From Takakia lepidozioides (Eukaryota > Plantae > Bryophyta), in contig CM060732.1 of NCBI GenBank assembly GCA_030704615.1, forward strand, positions 6,572,001 to 6,636,000: a stretch of 64,000 nt of DNA. The letters run 5' to 3'. Below the pieces are notes generated by a model. The model searched no databases. It was not told the DNA's origin and saw only the letters and a list, made by a program, of their open reading frames with translations. The number at the start of each line of letters is the position of its first letter. Position 1 is the stretch's first letter. Positions 25,600 through 37,480 of this stretch are shown here, piece by piece. Position numbers and translations under genes: made by a program.

Positions 25600-26700
25600 G
25601 ACGAGTGAGAATTGTGCCTCATCCAACACAACGAGCGCGATTGGTACACCATGCCCATGAGGAGTTGGGACATTTTGGGGTGCGGCGCACTCATAGTTTG
25701 CTGCAAGGGCAGTATTGGTGGTGGGGCATGCACACAGATGTGCAACAGTTAGTGGCAAGGTGCATGATGTGTGATAGGGTGCGTGCTTCCTTTAATGCAC
25801 CTACTCCACAATTGCATCCTTTACCCATCATGGGATTGGGATATCAATGGAGTCTTGACTTCGCGGAACCATTGCCACTGACGATGCGCCACAACAAGTA
25901 TGTGCTGGTGATGGTGGAACACTTCTCCAAATGGATTGAGCTGGTCACATTGCCTGACAAGGCGAGTGAGGGGGCTACGTATGCATTCTTAGATCGAGTG
26001 CTTAGCTAATTTGGTGCTCCAGCCAAGGTACTCACGGACCAGGGGAGAGAGTTTTTGGGGAAGTTTCAGGCTTTGTGTGAGCAAGCCTTGATAGACCACC
26101 GCACTACTTCTTGGGATCATCCCGAGGCTTATGGCTTGGCGGAGAGAGTTGTTCAGACAGTCAAGAGGGGTTTGCGCAAGCACGGTTTGCAGAAGGGACA
26201 CCTGGGAGATTGGGACCTTCAGCTACCTTGGTTGGCTATGGGCTAGAGGTTTAGTAAACAAGCGTCACTTGCGTCTTTCTCACCTTACTTTCTTCTCTTC
26301 GGCCGAGAGCCAGATTTGCCTACATCTATTCGCAGGGAGGCTGCAGCAGTCCTTGACCTTGATGATCCGGATGTATGGACACAAGCGTGTGACTGGCGGG
26401 CAAAGTGGTTCAAGAGAGTCATGCCTATGGCTTTTGAGAACCTTGTTATTGCCCAATACCGATACACATTGAGGTATGCCACCATACGTGGAGGTGGATA
26501 TCGACCGGGTGTTCGGAGATTCAACCCTGGGGACTAGTGTATCTACAGCAGACGGCACCTACGACCTTGGATGTCACAACAGGGCATGTGATTCTACGGG
26601 TACGGGAGGTGTTGCCTTCAGGAGTGTTGATTCTGGAGGGTCGAGATGGCATGGTATGGAAGGACCATGTGCGCAATTGTGCACCATGTCACCTTCCACA
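25600..26700 (+). pseudogene. DDE integrase of element 3
   Basis: H-H-C-C (HEELGH...YWW...CMMC), WSLDFA, TDQG.EF, HPEAYGLAERVVQT. Confidence 0.93.
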
Positions 26701-26752
26701 TGTGGATGGGATGATAGATCGCAACCTTGCAGTGGTACCTGTAGGGTTGCAT

Positions 26753-26886
26753 TGCATGCTATGTGGGCATGATGGTGGTGCAGCCACCATGCTGGTGTGT
26801 GATAAATGCTCAAGGGGGTGGCACATGGGATGCTTGACACCGCCACTTGAGGAGGTTCTAGCGGAGAATGGTTGTGTCCACGATGC
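26753..26886 (+). pseudogene. PHD finger at the integrase C-terminus
   Basis: CMLC-x11-CDKC-x4-HMGCLTPPL then, after a frameshift, GEWLCPRC, giving a complete C4HC3. Confidence 0.9.
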
Positions 26887-27144
26887 CTTGGACAGAGATA
26901 GTGGACATGACAATGGTGAGGTTGACAATGACCCAAGGTCTAGGTAGTGGGATTTCAACGCCATGGATACCCGAGTGAAAGCCATGGATTGCAGGAAGGC
27001 GACTAACGATGGGGCTATTTTTGCACCCGACCTCTTGATCCATAGACTTTAGAAAATTGGGACGTGTGCGATTGAAGACCAAGCGATGATCTTATTGAGA
27101 TGGATTGTCAACTATCCGGTGTTAGAGGGACCTAATCACCAGCT

Positions 27145-27154
27145 AGGGGGGCGA
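27145..27154 (+). other. PPT-like tract of element 3
   Basis: AGGGGGGCGA immediately before B1 (TGTGGC...). Confidence 0.65.
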
Positions 27155-27155
27155 T

Positions 27156-27240
27156 TGTGGCATAGCTTTCTAGGATTGTATGCTTAGGATGTGTGATGGA
27201 CAACGATGTATGTTGTGGCACGATGCTTAGGTGCATGACA
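27156..27240 (+). repeat. Repeat B1 (85 bp)
   Basis: About 90% identical to 27612-27696; TG...CA ends. Confidence 0.93.
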
Positions 27241-27242
27241 GC

Positions 27243-27610
27243 TGTCATGGTTTTTGTCATGGTTAACTAGAATTACCTACTTCTAGTTAACTAGGACATT
27301 TTAGATATTTATATTTATATTTTGTGTCTTGGGACTTCATTTGGTCTCACATGCCAAGTGAGGTGTCAAGCCTCACTTGGGATATGGGGATGGGTTTTCC
27401 CCTTTGAGGGTTGAGGAGGGCTCATCTTCTTGTAGTTGAGCCTCCATGAGCCTCTCCCACCTCCATAGCTCTAGGTATTGAGAGGGAGTGTGGTGAGGGC
27501 TTTGTAGGGTGGATTCCTTTAGCAAAGGTGCCCTTGGCTTGACTTAATTTATGTGATTTGAGTGGATTCATGAGTGGAGTGTTTCCATTGTGTATTCACT
27601 TCCATTATCA
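27243..27610 (+). repeat. Repeat A2
   Basis: Copy of 16591-16953, ending TTATCA. Confidence 0.95.
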
Positions 27611-27611
27611 T

Positions 27612-27696
27612 TGTGGCATAGCTTTCTAGGATTGTATGCTTAGAATGTGTGATGGAAAGCGATGTATGTGTGGGCACGATGCTTAGATGCACGACA
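27612..27696 (+). repeat. Repeat B2 (85 bp), right terminus of element 3
   Basis: Copy of B1, followed by the TSD GGTT. Confidence 0.93.
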
Positions 27697-28080
27697 GGTT
27701 GATAACTCCAACCAAGCCAAGTTTGTAGATTCCAATGAAGTGGGGGTGCTTAAGGAGTGCATGTTAGCATGCTCCAAAACACCGAAAGTGGTTGTTCGGC
27801 ATCCCCTCCTTAAGCTCCCTACGAGATGAATTGAAGGTCAGATGGTGGGGTCTGCTGCAACATATGCCCAACATCAGATATCCTAGGTTAATCGACTATA
27901 TATCTTGGAAATAGGGTCGCCCTGTCAAACAGGGTCTGCATACCTTCATTTTCATCACACAATTTCCTGGCAACATAAATGGCTTTGGACACTACTGCCT
28001 CTAAAACAGATTTACCCAGCAGGGTGAAGACTTGCTTATTAATATTCACATCCTTCATAATCTCTTCTACTTTCTTCTAC

Positions 28081-30085
28081 CATAGATGACCTGAAGGCTT
28101 TACCCACTCTCGGCACTAGACTGAAAATTAAACTCAAGGTGAGAAGCCTACCTTTGAACATCAAATAGAAGGAAAGAGGAGCGAGAGAGTGCAATTGTAT
28201 GTTGTGTGGGCAACCTGCAGACATTATTCATTTTCTGATTCCCTGTCCGGGGCGTTCTCTCACTAGAGAGACGCTCTCCTCAATCTGTCAAGGGGGTGTA
28301 GTGTCCAAAGCCTTGTCTGTTGCTAGGAAATTTTCTAATGAAAATGAAGCTAGGCAGACCACTTCCCTGAACTTGTTTCAGTCTGTGGCATGGGGGAGGA
28401 CATCATGGATGACCTCAAGGGTTTACCCACTCTCGGCACTAGACTGGACTGAAAATTGAACTCAGAGCGGGGACACCATTTTTGAACAACAAATAGAATG
28501 AAAGAGGAAAGGGGTCGTGCAATCACCCGTTCTGTGGGCAACCTGAAGACAATATTCATTTTCTAACTCACTGTCTCCTCAAATCTGTCAAGGGGGTGTA
28601 GTGTCCAAAGCCTTGTGTGATGCTAGGAAATTGCATGATGAAAATGAAGCTAGGCAGACCACTTCCCTGAACTTGTTTCCAGTCTGTGACATGGGGGAGG
28701 ACATCATGGATAATCTGAAGGGAAAACCCACTCTCGACACTAGACTAAAAATTAAACTTAGGGCGGGGACACCATTTTTGAACAACAAATAGAATGAAAG
28801 AGGAAAGGGGTCGTGCAATCGCCCGTTTTGTGGGCAACCTGAAGACAACATTCATTTTCTGACTCATTGTTTGGGGTTTTCTCACCAGAGAGACGCTCTC
28901 CTCAAAATTTGTCAAGGGGCTGTAGTGTCCAAAGCCTCGTGTGATGCTAGGAAATTGTATGATGAAAATGAAGCTAGGCATACCACTTCCCTGAACTTGT
29001 TTCCAGTCTATGACATGGGGGAGGGCATCATGGATGACCTGAAGGGAAAACCCACTCTCGGCACGAGACTGAAAATTAAACTCACAGTAAGCCTGCATTT
29101 GAACAACAAATAGAATGAAAGAGGAAAGGGAGAGTGCAATCGCCCGTTCTGTGGGCAACCTGCAGACAATATTCATTTTCTGATTCACTATCTGGGGTTC
29201 TCTCACCGGAGAGATGCTCTCCTCAAGTCTATCAAGGGTTCTTCGAGTGTCCAAAGCCTTGTCTGTTGCCAAGAAATTGTATGATGAAAATGAAGTTAGG
29301 CAGACCACTTCCCTGAACTTGTTTCCAGTCTGTGACATGAGGGAGGGCATCCTGGATGACCTGAAGGATTTATCCACTTTCGGCACTAGAATGAAAATTA
29401 AACTCAGGGCGGGAAGCCTACCTTTGAACAACAAATAGAAGGAAAGAGGAGCGGGAGAGTGCAATTGTATGTTGTGTGGGCAACCTGCAAACAATATTCA
29501 TTTTCTGATTCACTGTCCAGGGTGTTCTCTTACCAGAGAGATGCTCTCCTCAAATCTGTCAAGGGGGTGTAGTGTCCAAGCCTTGATTGTTGCCAGGAAA
29601 TTCTCTGATGACAATGAAGCTAGGCAGACCACTTCCCTGAACTTGTTTCCAGTATGTGACATGAGGGAGGGCATCTTGGATGACCTGAAGGGCTTATCCA
29701 CTCTCGGCACTAGACTGAAAATTCAACTCAGGGTGGGAAGCCTACCTTTGAACAACAAATAGAAGGAAAGAGGAGCGGGAGAGTGCAATTGTATGTTGTA
29801 TGGGCAACCTGCTGACAATATTCATTTTCTGATTCACTGTCCGGGGTATTCTCTCACCAGAGAAACGCTCTCCTCAAATCTGTCAAGGGGTGTAGTGTCC
29901 AAAGCCTTGTCTGTTGCTAGGACACTTTTTGATGAAAATGAAGTCAGGCAGACCACTTCCCTGATTTTGTTTCGAGTCTGTGACATGAGGGAGGACATCT
30001 TGGATGACCTGAAGGGTTTACCCATTCTCAGCAGTAGACTAAAAATTAAACTCAGGGTAGGAAGCCTCCCTTTGAACAACAAATA
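28081..30085 (-). repeat. Tandem repeat, ~6.2 units of mostly 324 bp, probably a decayed coding repeat
   Basis: Marker ACTTCCCTGA at 28361, 28661, 28985, 29307, 29631, 29955 (periods 300, 324, 322, 324, 324). Confidence 0.92.
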
Positions 30086-31200
30086 TCATCAATGACAAAC
30101 CTTCGTGTCTTCATGTATTCAATGTAGGAGTTCATGTCCTGCAAGGATGTATCCTTCCCCTTGTAGGGATGTCTAATGCATATGTTCAAATCCAGGATCA
30201 TCTGTCCCACTTTCTTTATCTACCGCTAGTTTAGCCCTTGAAGCTTTTGGATTGCCGACTTTGTCAATGGAAACTGCTCGGACTTGCATAATTCCCCAAA
30301 GCATCAAGGAGTTCCTCGTTCTCCCACTTCTCAAACACCTCATCTCACAACTTCCGAACGTCCTCATCAGAATGTACCAACACCAAATCTTCATTCACGG
30401 AGTTCTTTTCCAATATAACCAATGCCGCTTGCGTAAACTCCTGGAGTCAAGAACATAATCATTTTCAGAACCAACCCTGCAACAATGATGATTTTCCAAG
30501 TCCCCTGTCTAGAAATTATGTACATGAATAATGAACAGGGTTATGAGGAGAATGTTTACCTTCCACAAAATAGTCTCATTCTTTTTGGCACATGATCGTT
30601 GCATTTGGGCAGCTTCCCCATTGAGGAATAAAACATTCTCAGGCGGCCCAATTTCTCGTTGAAAGTCGTGTCAAACTTCTGTGTTTTGTTCGGATTAATC
30701 AAAAGCTTGGAGAGCTTTACAAGTCGCAAGTGCTTCGACGACCATACAATTTTGGCCGGCCATTCCACGTAGTAGGTTGCGAGCTCCTTGTCTATATCCA
30801 AATCTTGAACAAGTTCCTACACACACAATTCCATCTTGTAAGAATCTGATTCACACACGTCGACATTGATGTCGACGCCCCATGGAAATTACAATTTGTG
30901 ACTCTATTAAATCCTACTTCAATCTAGTAGGAGTCCAGAGCACACAATGTCAACATTAATGTCGAGGTGCCCTACATATTTCAATATAAACATCATTGAA
31001 TCTTAGTGGCAGCAAGTAGGAGTCCCAGATAAGTTGAAATATAATATGCATGGAGTCTGGATACATAGATTTGGGTAGCGAGTACCTTATCAGCAATGAT
31101 CGTGTGTTGTCCTCCGATGATGAAGAATGTCGTCTCCTCAATCTCCACTGAACTCCGAGGTTTCTAAGCACACACCTCGTTCTCCTTCTCTCCCGATTAT

Positions 31201-31270
31201 CAGCGTCACGTCAGTTAGTCAGCGTCAGGTCACGTCAGACCTGACGCTGACAGGATCTCCGTCACGTCAG
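31201..31270. promoter_or_regulatory. Cluster of TGACG/CGTCA (bZIP-type) motifs with a perfect 14-bp hairpin
   Basis: GTCAGCGTCAGGTC-acgtca-GACCTGACGCTGAC at 31218-31251, with about 7 CGTCA/TGACG in 70 bp. Function is inferred. Confidence 0.5.
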
Positions 31271-31378
31271 ATTCCGGGAATATTATGGTAAGAAAAAGTA
31301 CTAGGTAAAATATTGCCACTTAAGCAGCAACGTCGTCCACACGGTGGCGGTGGCAAACACATTTTGAATAAAATGAAA

Positions 31379-32152
31379 ACGACCGCCAATTCTGGCGGTC
31401 GCTTTATATTTTGAAATTAAAAAAATAAGAGCGACTGCCATATTGGCGGTCGCTTTAATTTTTTTTAAATAAAAAACAAGATTGACGGTCCCATTGGCGG
31501 TCGCCTAATTTAAAAAAGAAAACAAGCAACCGCCGTATTGGCGGTCGCTTAATTTTACAAGCGACCGCTATATGGCAGTCGCTTAATTTTAAAAATATAT
31601 AAAAAAACAAGCGATCGCCATATGGCGGTCGCTTAATTGTAAAAATACATAAATTACAAGTGACCGCCATATTGCGGTCACTTTATTTTAAAATTTTAAA
31701 AAATATAAGCGACATATGAAAATAAAAGCGACCGCCACACTGGCGGTTGTTTAGTTTAAAATAAAATACTAATGGCGACCGCCAAACTGGCGGTCGCATA
31801 AATCTAAAAATATATAAAATAAAAGCAACCGCCACACTGGCGGTCGCTTAATCTTTAAAATATAAAGATTAAAAGCCATTTTTAAAAATAAAATTTAAAA
31901 AAAAAACGACCACCATATTGGCGGTCGCTTTATTTCAAATATATAAACAAATTAAGCGACCGCAATATCGGCGGTTGCATTATATTTTGAAATAAAAAAT
32001 AATAGCGATCATCATACGGGCGGTCGCTTAAATTTAAAAATATACAAAATAGAAGCGATCGCAATATTTCACAAAATCAAAGGAAATAAAAACGACCGCA
32101 ACAGTGTCGGTCGCTTGTGTTATAATAGCAACCATAGTATTAACGGTCGCTT
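31379..32152. repeat. Array of ~16 GC-rich palindromes with AT-rich spacers
   Basis: GCGACCGCCA-N2-4-TGGCGGTCGC consensus, spacing mostly about 50 bp. Confidence 0.9.
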
Positions 32153-33238
32153 AATTTTAAAATTATAACAAATATGGTTGTACCGCCTTTTTTGGGTGGG
32201 CGCTATTGGTCGGTCATTTTGTCATTTCACTTTCATCCTTCCTGGAGCATATATAAGGGAGCAGGGTCACCAAGCTCCTCACTTCTTTTGGCGCAAACAC
32301 TTGAGGTTTATTTGGATGTTCTCTTCCATTGAACGAGAGTGTAGCCCAAGAGGAGGGTGCGCACATTTTGCCGTTGTGGTTTCCACCAAAGCCACTTCAG
32401 CAGAGTGTGTATAAGCTCAACACTACAACGTACATCGATCCACTTGGGTTGGTGACAGGTGTAGAAATGTTAGGCTATCGCATTGCACTCTACATTCATA
32501 GGTTCATATATAGGTGATCACTGTTTTTTGTTGCTTACATCACTAGGGCCCATGGGAGTGGATATTGGGTGAAGATGAGGGAGGAATGGAGCCCTTGATA
32601 TACGAGAATCCCGAACACTGTCAGTGCCACTGGCAGTGTTGAGTGCAACCTATGTGGACTGAAGCTTTCTTATCGTAAGGATCAGCTGGTCGCTCACCTT
32701 GGCTATAGAGGTGTGAAGAGCGTCGGGGTGGGTTTATGCCATAGAGCATCTATGCGGGTAAAAACCCACTTCGCCCAGTGTGGAGGCAATATTTCAATGT
32801 CTCTGGATCGCGACATGACCTCTGAGCAGAACACTTCATCTTCCCGTTATGATGCCCCGATTAGTACCCAAGGGGACTCTTGTGAGGCTTCGGATATCTT
32901 TGGACAAGTGGGTTGTGTCGGAGTCCAAATCCACGTACGTGCCTCCTTTTTATTACAATCTCCGGATAGGACATGTAGTCACGTGGAGAAGGAGGCCATT
33001 GGCTGGGTGGGGGGTAATTTTTGCCGCGATTTCTGTGAAGTCGTTGATCATTTCATTCCACAAATTTAGCTTTTAAGAACTATTCTGGCACTTATTCAAA
33101 CTCGTTTCGGGTTAAGGGTTTAGGGTCAATAGTATTGTCTCTTTCCAGATCGCCATATATTTACCTGTCATTTAGTTCTTAGCCATTTCCACGTTTCCTT
33201 GAGTACTGCCTTAACCGCCCGTTACTTCTTAGTAAACC

Positions 33239-35650
33239 TTGTTTAGTGTTGCTCCGATTGTTGCAAAATGGCAGGGCCACGACGATGAGCGTCATGGAAG
33301 AGATGACCCCAAAGAACATGGACCGCCCCCTAAGAAAATCAAACGGTCAAGGCAAGACTTGAATTGGGAAGTATATGATGACCCTAGCATACCAGCAGAA
33401 GAGGGCTGGGAGGATTTTCCGGAAGAGTTCAGGTGGCCAATGGTCAGATGCAATTTTTTTTTGAAATGGTATCACATCAATCAATTGTGGCCTAGACATA
33501 GGCATGATGTACAAACCCGAAACAATTACGCAGAGTCCAAGTCTTGCACGAACTTGCATTTCCAGCATAAGGCGAATGAGGTGCATTGCACATTGTGGGG
33601 TCAACCTCTCTCAAAGGGCCAAATCCCGTACACCTTGGCAGCCATGTTGTACGTGGAGGTGATATTGTTGCATCTAGTGAATTGGCCAACTGCTAGTAGG
33701 AGGAACGCAACGATGCAATACTATGGGGACAACATCCCGGACATGTTTGGAACACCCCAGGCTATGATACTGGGCGTGCCTAAGGCACCGGTGCAACATC
33801 CGGCTGGAACGTTAAAGGAACAATTGGCGAAAAGAGACCAGCGAAGCAGGTCCCTGGAGGACCTTGTGGAATGTCAAAGAATGCACATAGTCGAGTTGGA
33901 GGGTAGATTTCAAGACATGCCTCCAAACAATGAAGACACTGTTGTCCACAATGAGGTTGGAACAAACGTCATGGACATGGCCTCGGAGTTTACAATGCCC
34001 GATCGCAGTATTGACCGCATCATTCACGGAATTACGGACGTCCTTGACCCTACGGCCGATGAAACCATGGTTGCGGAACAACGAATTGCGGATAAGAGAA
34101 GGGGAAAAGGAAAAGAACCAGTAGTGAAAACTTCAAACCGGGGAATGCTCGAGGGTCGCCATTCAATCCGATACCGTGTCTGATGTCAATCGTGTTACAA
34201 GGGAGCGGAACATTGTCATGACAATTGTATGGCGTTTGTCAAAAGCATTGGAGATTCGGGCATGGGTGCCATTGAATGGCAATTTGGAAAATTGGGTACA
34301 ATGGCGACCCACCTGGCCCAGAGAAGCACAGATAGAGCAGGCATTGTCAGCCTTGCAACGTGTCGCATGTTTGTCAAACTACGGCGTTGATAGCATTTAT
34401 GACAACATGCAAAAGTATAACGATCTCCGCAACGCATCAAGCATGTTCACCGGGTTTACGAACTGGGCAGATGTGGAGTCTATGTTCGATCGATGTAAAC
34501 ACAGAATTTCGAGATCGAACATAAGCATAAACTGAGAATTGGAGATAGAGGAGGAGTGGGACACCACAACAAGGATGAGCAGCCATATCGACGCGGCTGA
34601 GAGGGAAGAGATACCACAAGGCGTTTTGCCGTTATGGATATCAGATGATACACTTTATTCGATGTGCATGATTCCTACGGCCCAGAGGGATGTCATGTGC
34701 TTGGATCATGTGGACATATGTTCCATCCCACGTGTCTTATCGTGACATCCTTGTGGATGGCCGCTTGTCCAGAATGTCGTGCATCAATCCATCGCCGTTT
34801 CTATGAGCTTGTAGGCTTGGAGGATATTATGCCATCAGGTTTTGAATACAATCGGCACAACCTCCCATTTGATGGGCACCCATTTACATTTCTCAATTGT
34901 GTGCATTGGGGCAAAAACTTATTGTGGGATGCACTCAGAGGAATGCATAACATATATGCCGCAAACCCGGAATACGTTAGATCACCCCAATATTTCTGGG
35001 TCACATCTGATTGGGAGATAACGGTACGTGCGGGAGGCATTGCCAATTGGTGGGAGAGAGAGCAGTTTTGCCGCAATTTGGGAGGGCATTGGAGTCAGAG
35101 AAGGACGAGGTTTTTCCGGCTCCCATAGGTTCCATGGGTGCCGGAACAGACCGAATTATATAACCGAGAACCGATTGGGAGACATTTGTTGTTGTCCGAT
35201 GTGGAAGATGCCATAATATATCAACGCCGAATGAATAAGGCGTACGAGGCGGCTTTTCGTCGGGACGACACAATGACTAGGGACCGGGCCTGTGAGAGGG
35301 TGTTGGAAAGTTTCAAGGGTAGCATCAAGGCAATTGTAGAGGAATAGCGACTATGGACAGACCATTTTCATCGTGTTTCGGGGGCTCTGTTGCCGGATGT
35401 GGACGGCCTCGTTGCCCATTTGCATGCAACTCGAGCACTTGCCGAAGATCGATCTCCGCCATGTCGTGAGAGTCTGGAAGAAAGTCAACTTTCGCCAAAA
35501 AATAGATGGATGCTGGCGACCATTGATCACATCTCATTGGGCCCCTCGTTGATGACGAGATCACGATCCCAGGCTCTCCATATTGGCACTGCAAATCACG
35601 CCACAACATCACATCTCTTGCCCCCTTCATCACCATCAAATGAAGACTGA
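33239..35650 (+). pseudogene. Degenerate gene of unknown function with a RING-H2 finger (copy 1)
   Basis: Consecutive broken ORFs 33239..35650. RING C..PYGPEGCHVLGSCGHMFHPTC-x10-CPEC at ~34655-34780. Paralog at 41190-42780. Confidence 0.7.
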
Positions 35651-35844
35651 CAGTGACGACTAGGATTTCAATCAATAGCAACGTAGTACATAGACAATGT
35701 GGATTTTTGTTGTACCTTGAATTTCTGGAACACACTGATAGTACTTCGCCAATTTTGTATATGCACCAATTTTGTTAATACGCATGTGCGGCACCTGCCA
35801 ATTTCAATTGCATAAGCAGCATTTTCTTCACATCTTCACTCATG

Positions 35845-37480
35845 TGATGGGGAAGAAGTGGTTCACCCTATAAACAAATTTACAATGGTCTCATATTTGG
35901 TCATGACGTGTATGTGGGTATCTGCAATCAACTCAGAAAGTTTCAGAACAAGAACAACATACCCACAAAGTTTTCAAAACACAAAATAATTCATAAGGAT
36001 GGGGAATTATTGACCTCGTATTAGTCTGGGACCTGTGAGACGGTCCACAGAACATACTGCCCAAGTTTCAAAACACAAACAAAAACCATTTGGATGGACA
36101 ACCATCCGTTGGCCCATTGAACCAATTTTGATTGATTTCATATTACTCTGGGACCTGTCAGATGGTACATTGAACACACTGGCAAAGTCTCAAAGCGAAC
36201 CAAAATCATTTGGATGGGCAACAATCCGTTGAGCCATTGAACGAATTTGATTAATCTCATATTACTCTGGGACCTCTTTGATGGTACATTGAACATACTG
36301 GGAAAGTCTCAAAGCGAACCAAAATCATTTGGATGGGCAACCATCTGTTGAGCCATTGAATGAATTTCGATTGATGTCATATTAGTCCGGGACCTGTGAG
36401 AGGGTGTACCGAACATACTGGCAAAGTTTCAAAGCAAACAAAGATGGGCAACCATCCAATTGACCCATTCAATGAATTCAGTTTGATCTGCTATTACTCT
36501 GGGACCTGTTGGACTACGTTTCGCATGCACATGATTTTTTTTTAATTCTATTTTTGAACCGTATATGTAATGACGGCATATGCAACGTGCGTGCCAAATT
36601 TGGGAGGTAAAAAAATTGATTTGGACCCAAAACCACAGTTTGTTTCCTCTTTTGCACTCCAAACTTGATTTGTCTTCTACTTCATGCACTCTTTATAGAG
36701 AGTTATGCAATAGTGAGCAAAGATAACATTTATAAATAAATAAATAAATAATTGTTTGGTCCAAAGTTTTGCAGGGATGTAGTGGTGCGAGGGTTGAAGC
36801 CATAGAACAAAATTGAGCCAAAAATAAAATCGTTACGTAGCAGAAACCCCCAATCAAAGACAGTGTAAACCTAATTATTTGCTTGAAATTTATTTAAATT
36901 CAATTTAATTCTAAATTGGTTGAGGGGTGAGCGCGTCGATGGGGAGACAAATGTTTTTTTCTTCTGTTGTATTTCCGCACATGTGTCGCACACATATTCA
37001 AGCACCTGCGGGCAAAAGTTGGGCTTCGACCACATCCGTTCAAATGGTTCAATAGCCATTCACCCATGACAGGATTTTTTTTTTCGCAATGAACAATATT
37101 GGATGACAGGTGAACGCCTCATTGGCCCACTAAACAAATTTTGATTGATCTCATATTACTCTGGGACCTGTCAGATGGTACATTGAACATACTGCCCAAG
37201 TGTCGAAGCAAACAAAAACCATTTGGATGGGAAACCGTTGGCCCATTCAACGAATTTCGATTGATCGCATATTACTTTGGGACCTGTCAGATGGTACATT
37301 GAACAGACTGGGAAAGTCTCAAAGCGAACCAAAATCAGTTGGATGGGCAACCATCCGTTGAGCCATTGAATGAATTTTGATTGATCTCATATTAGTCCGA
37401 GACCTGATACATGGTATGTTGAACATAGTGACAAAGTTCGAAAGCAAAAAAAAATCATTTGGATGCTCAACCATTCGATC
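35845..37480 (+). repeat. ~120-bp satellite array 1 (interrupted at ~36510-37100)
   Basis: Repeated CTCATATTACTCTGGGACCTG...GAACATACTG...GATGGGCAACCATCCGTT. Related to the reverse complement of array 2. Confidence 0.85.

Larger units (their letters stand above)
16591..27696 (+). mobile_element. Element 3: full-length Ty3/gypsy retrotransposon with C5-DNA methyltransferase and PHD finger, and split direct repeats
   Basis: TGTCATG...ACGACA termini flanked by GGTT (16587-16590 and 27697-27700). Domain order gag-PR-DNMT-RT-RH-IN-PHD. Repeats A1, B1, A2, B2. Confidence 0.93.

Noticed and set aside
16591-27696. DIRS/Ngaro/PAT classification of element 3
   Set aside because: No tyrosine recombinase is seen. 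It has a protease, a DDE integrase and a TSD, and its MTase has C5 motifs rather than the adenine-MTase type found in DIRS.
27156-27696. Independent TRIM (B-A-B) inserted at the element end
   Set aside because: No PBS after B1, no PPT before B2, no TSD around B1-B2, and its interior is the host element's own A repeat
31379-32152. CRISPR array
   Set aside because: Eukaryotic context, no cas genes, degenerate repeats, and low-complexity A/T spacers of irregular length
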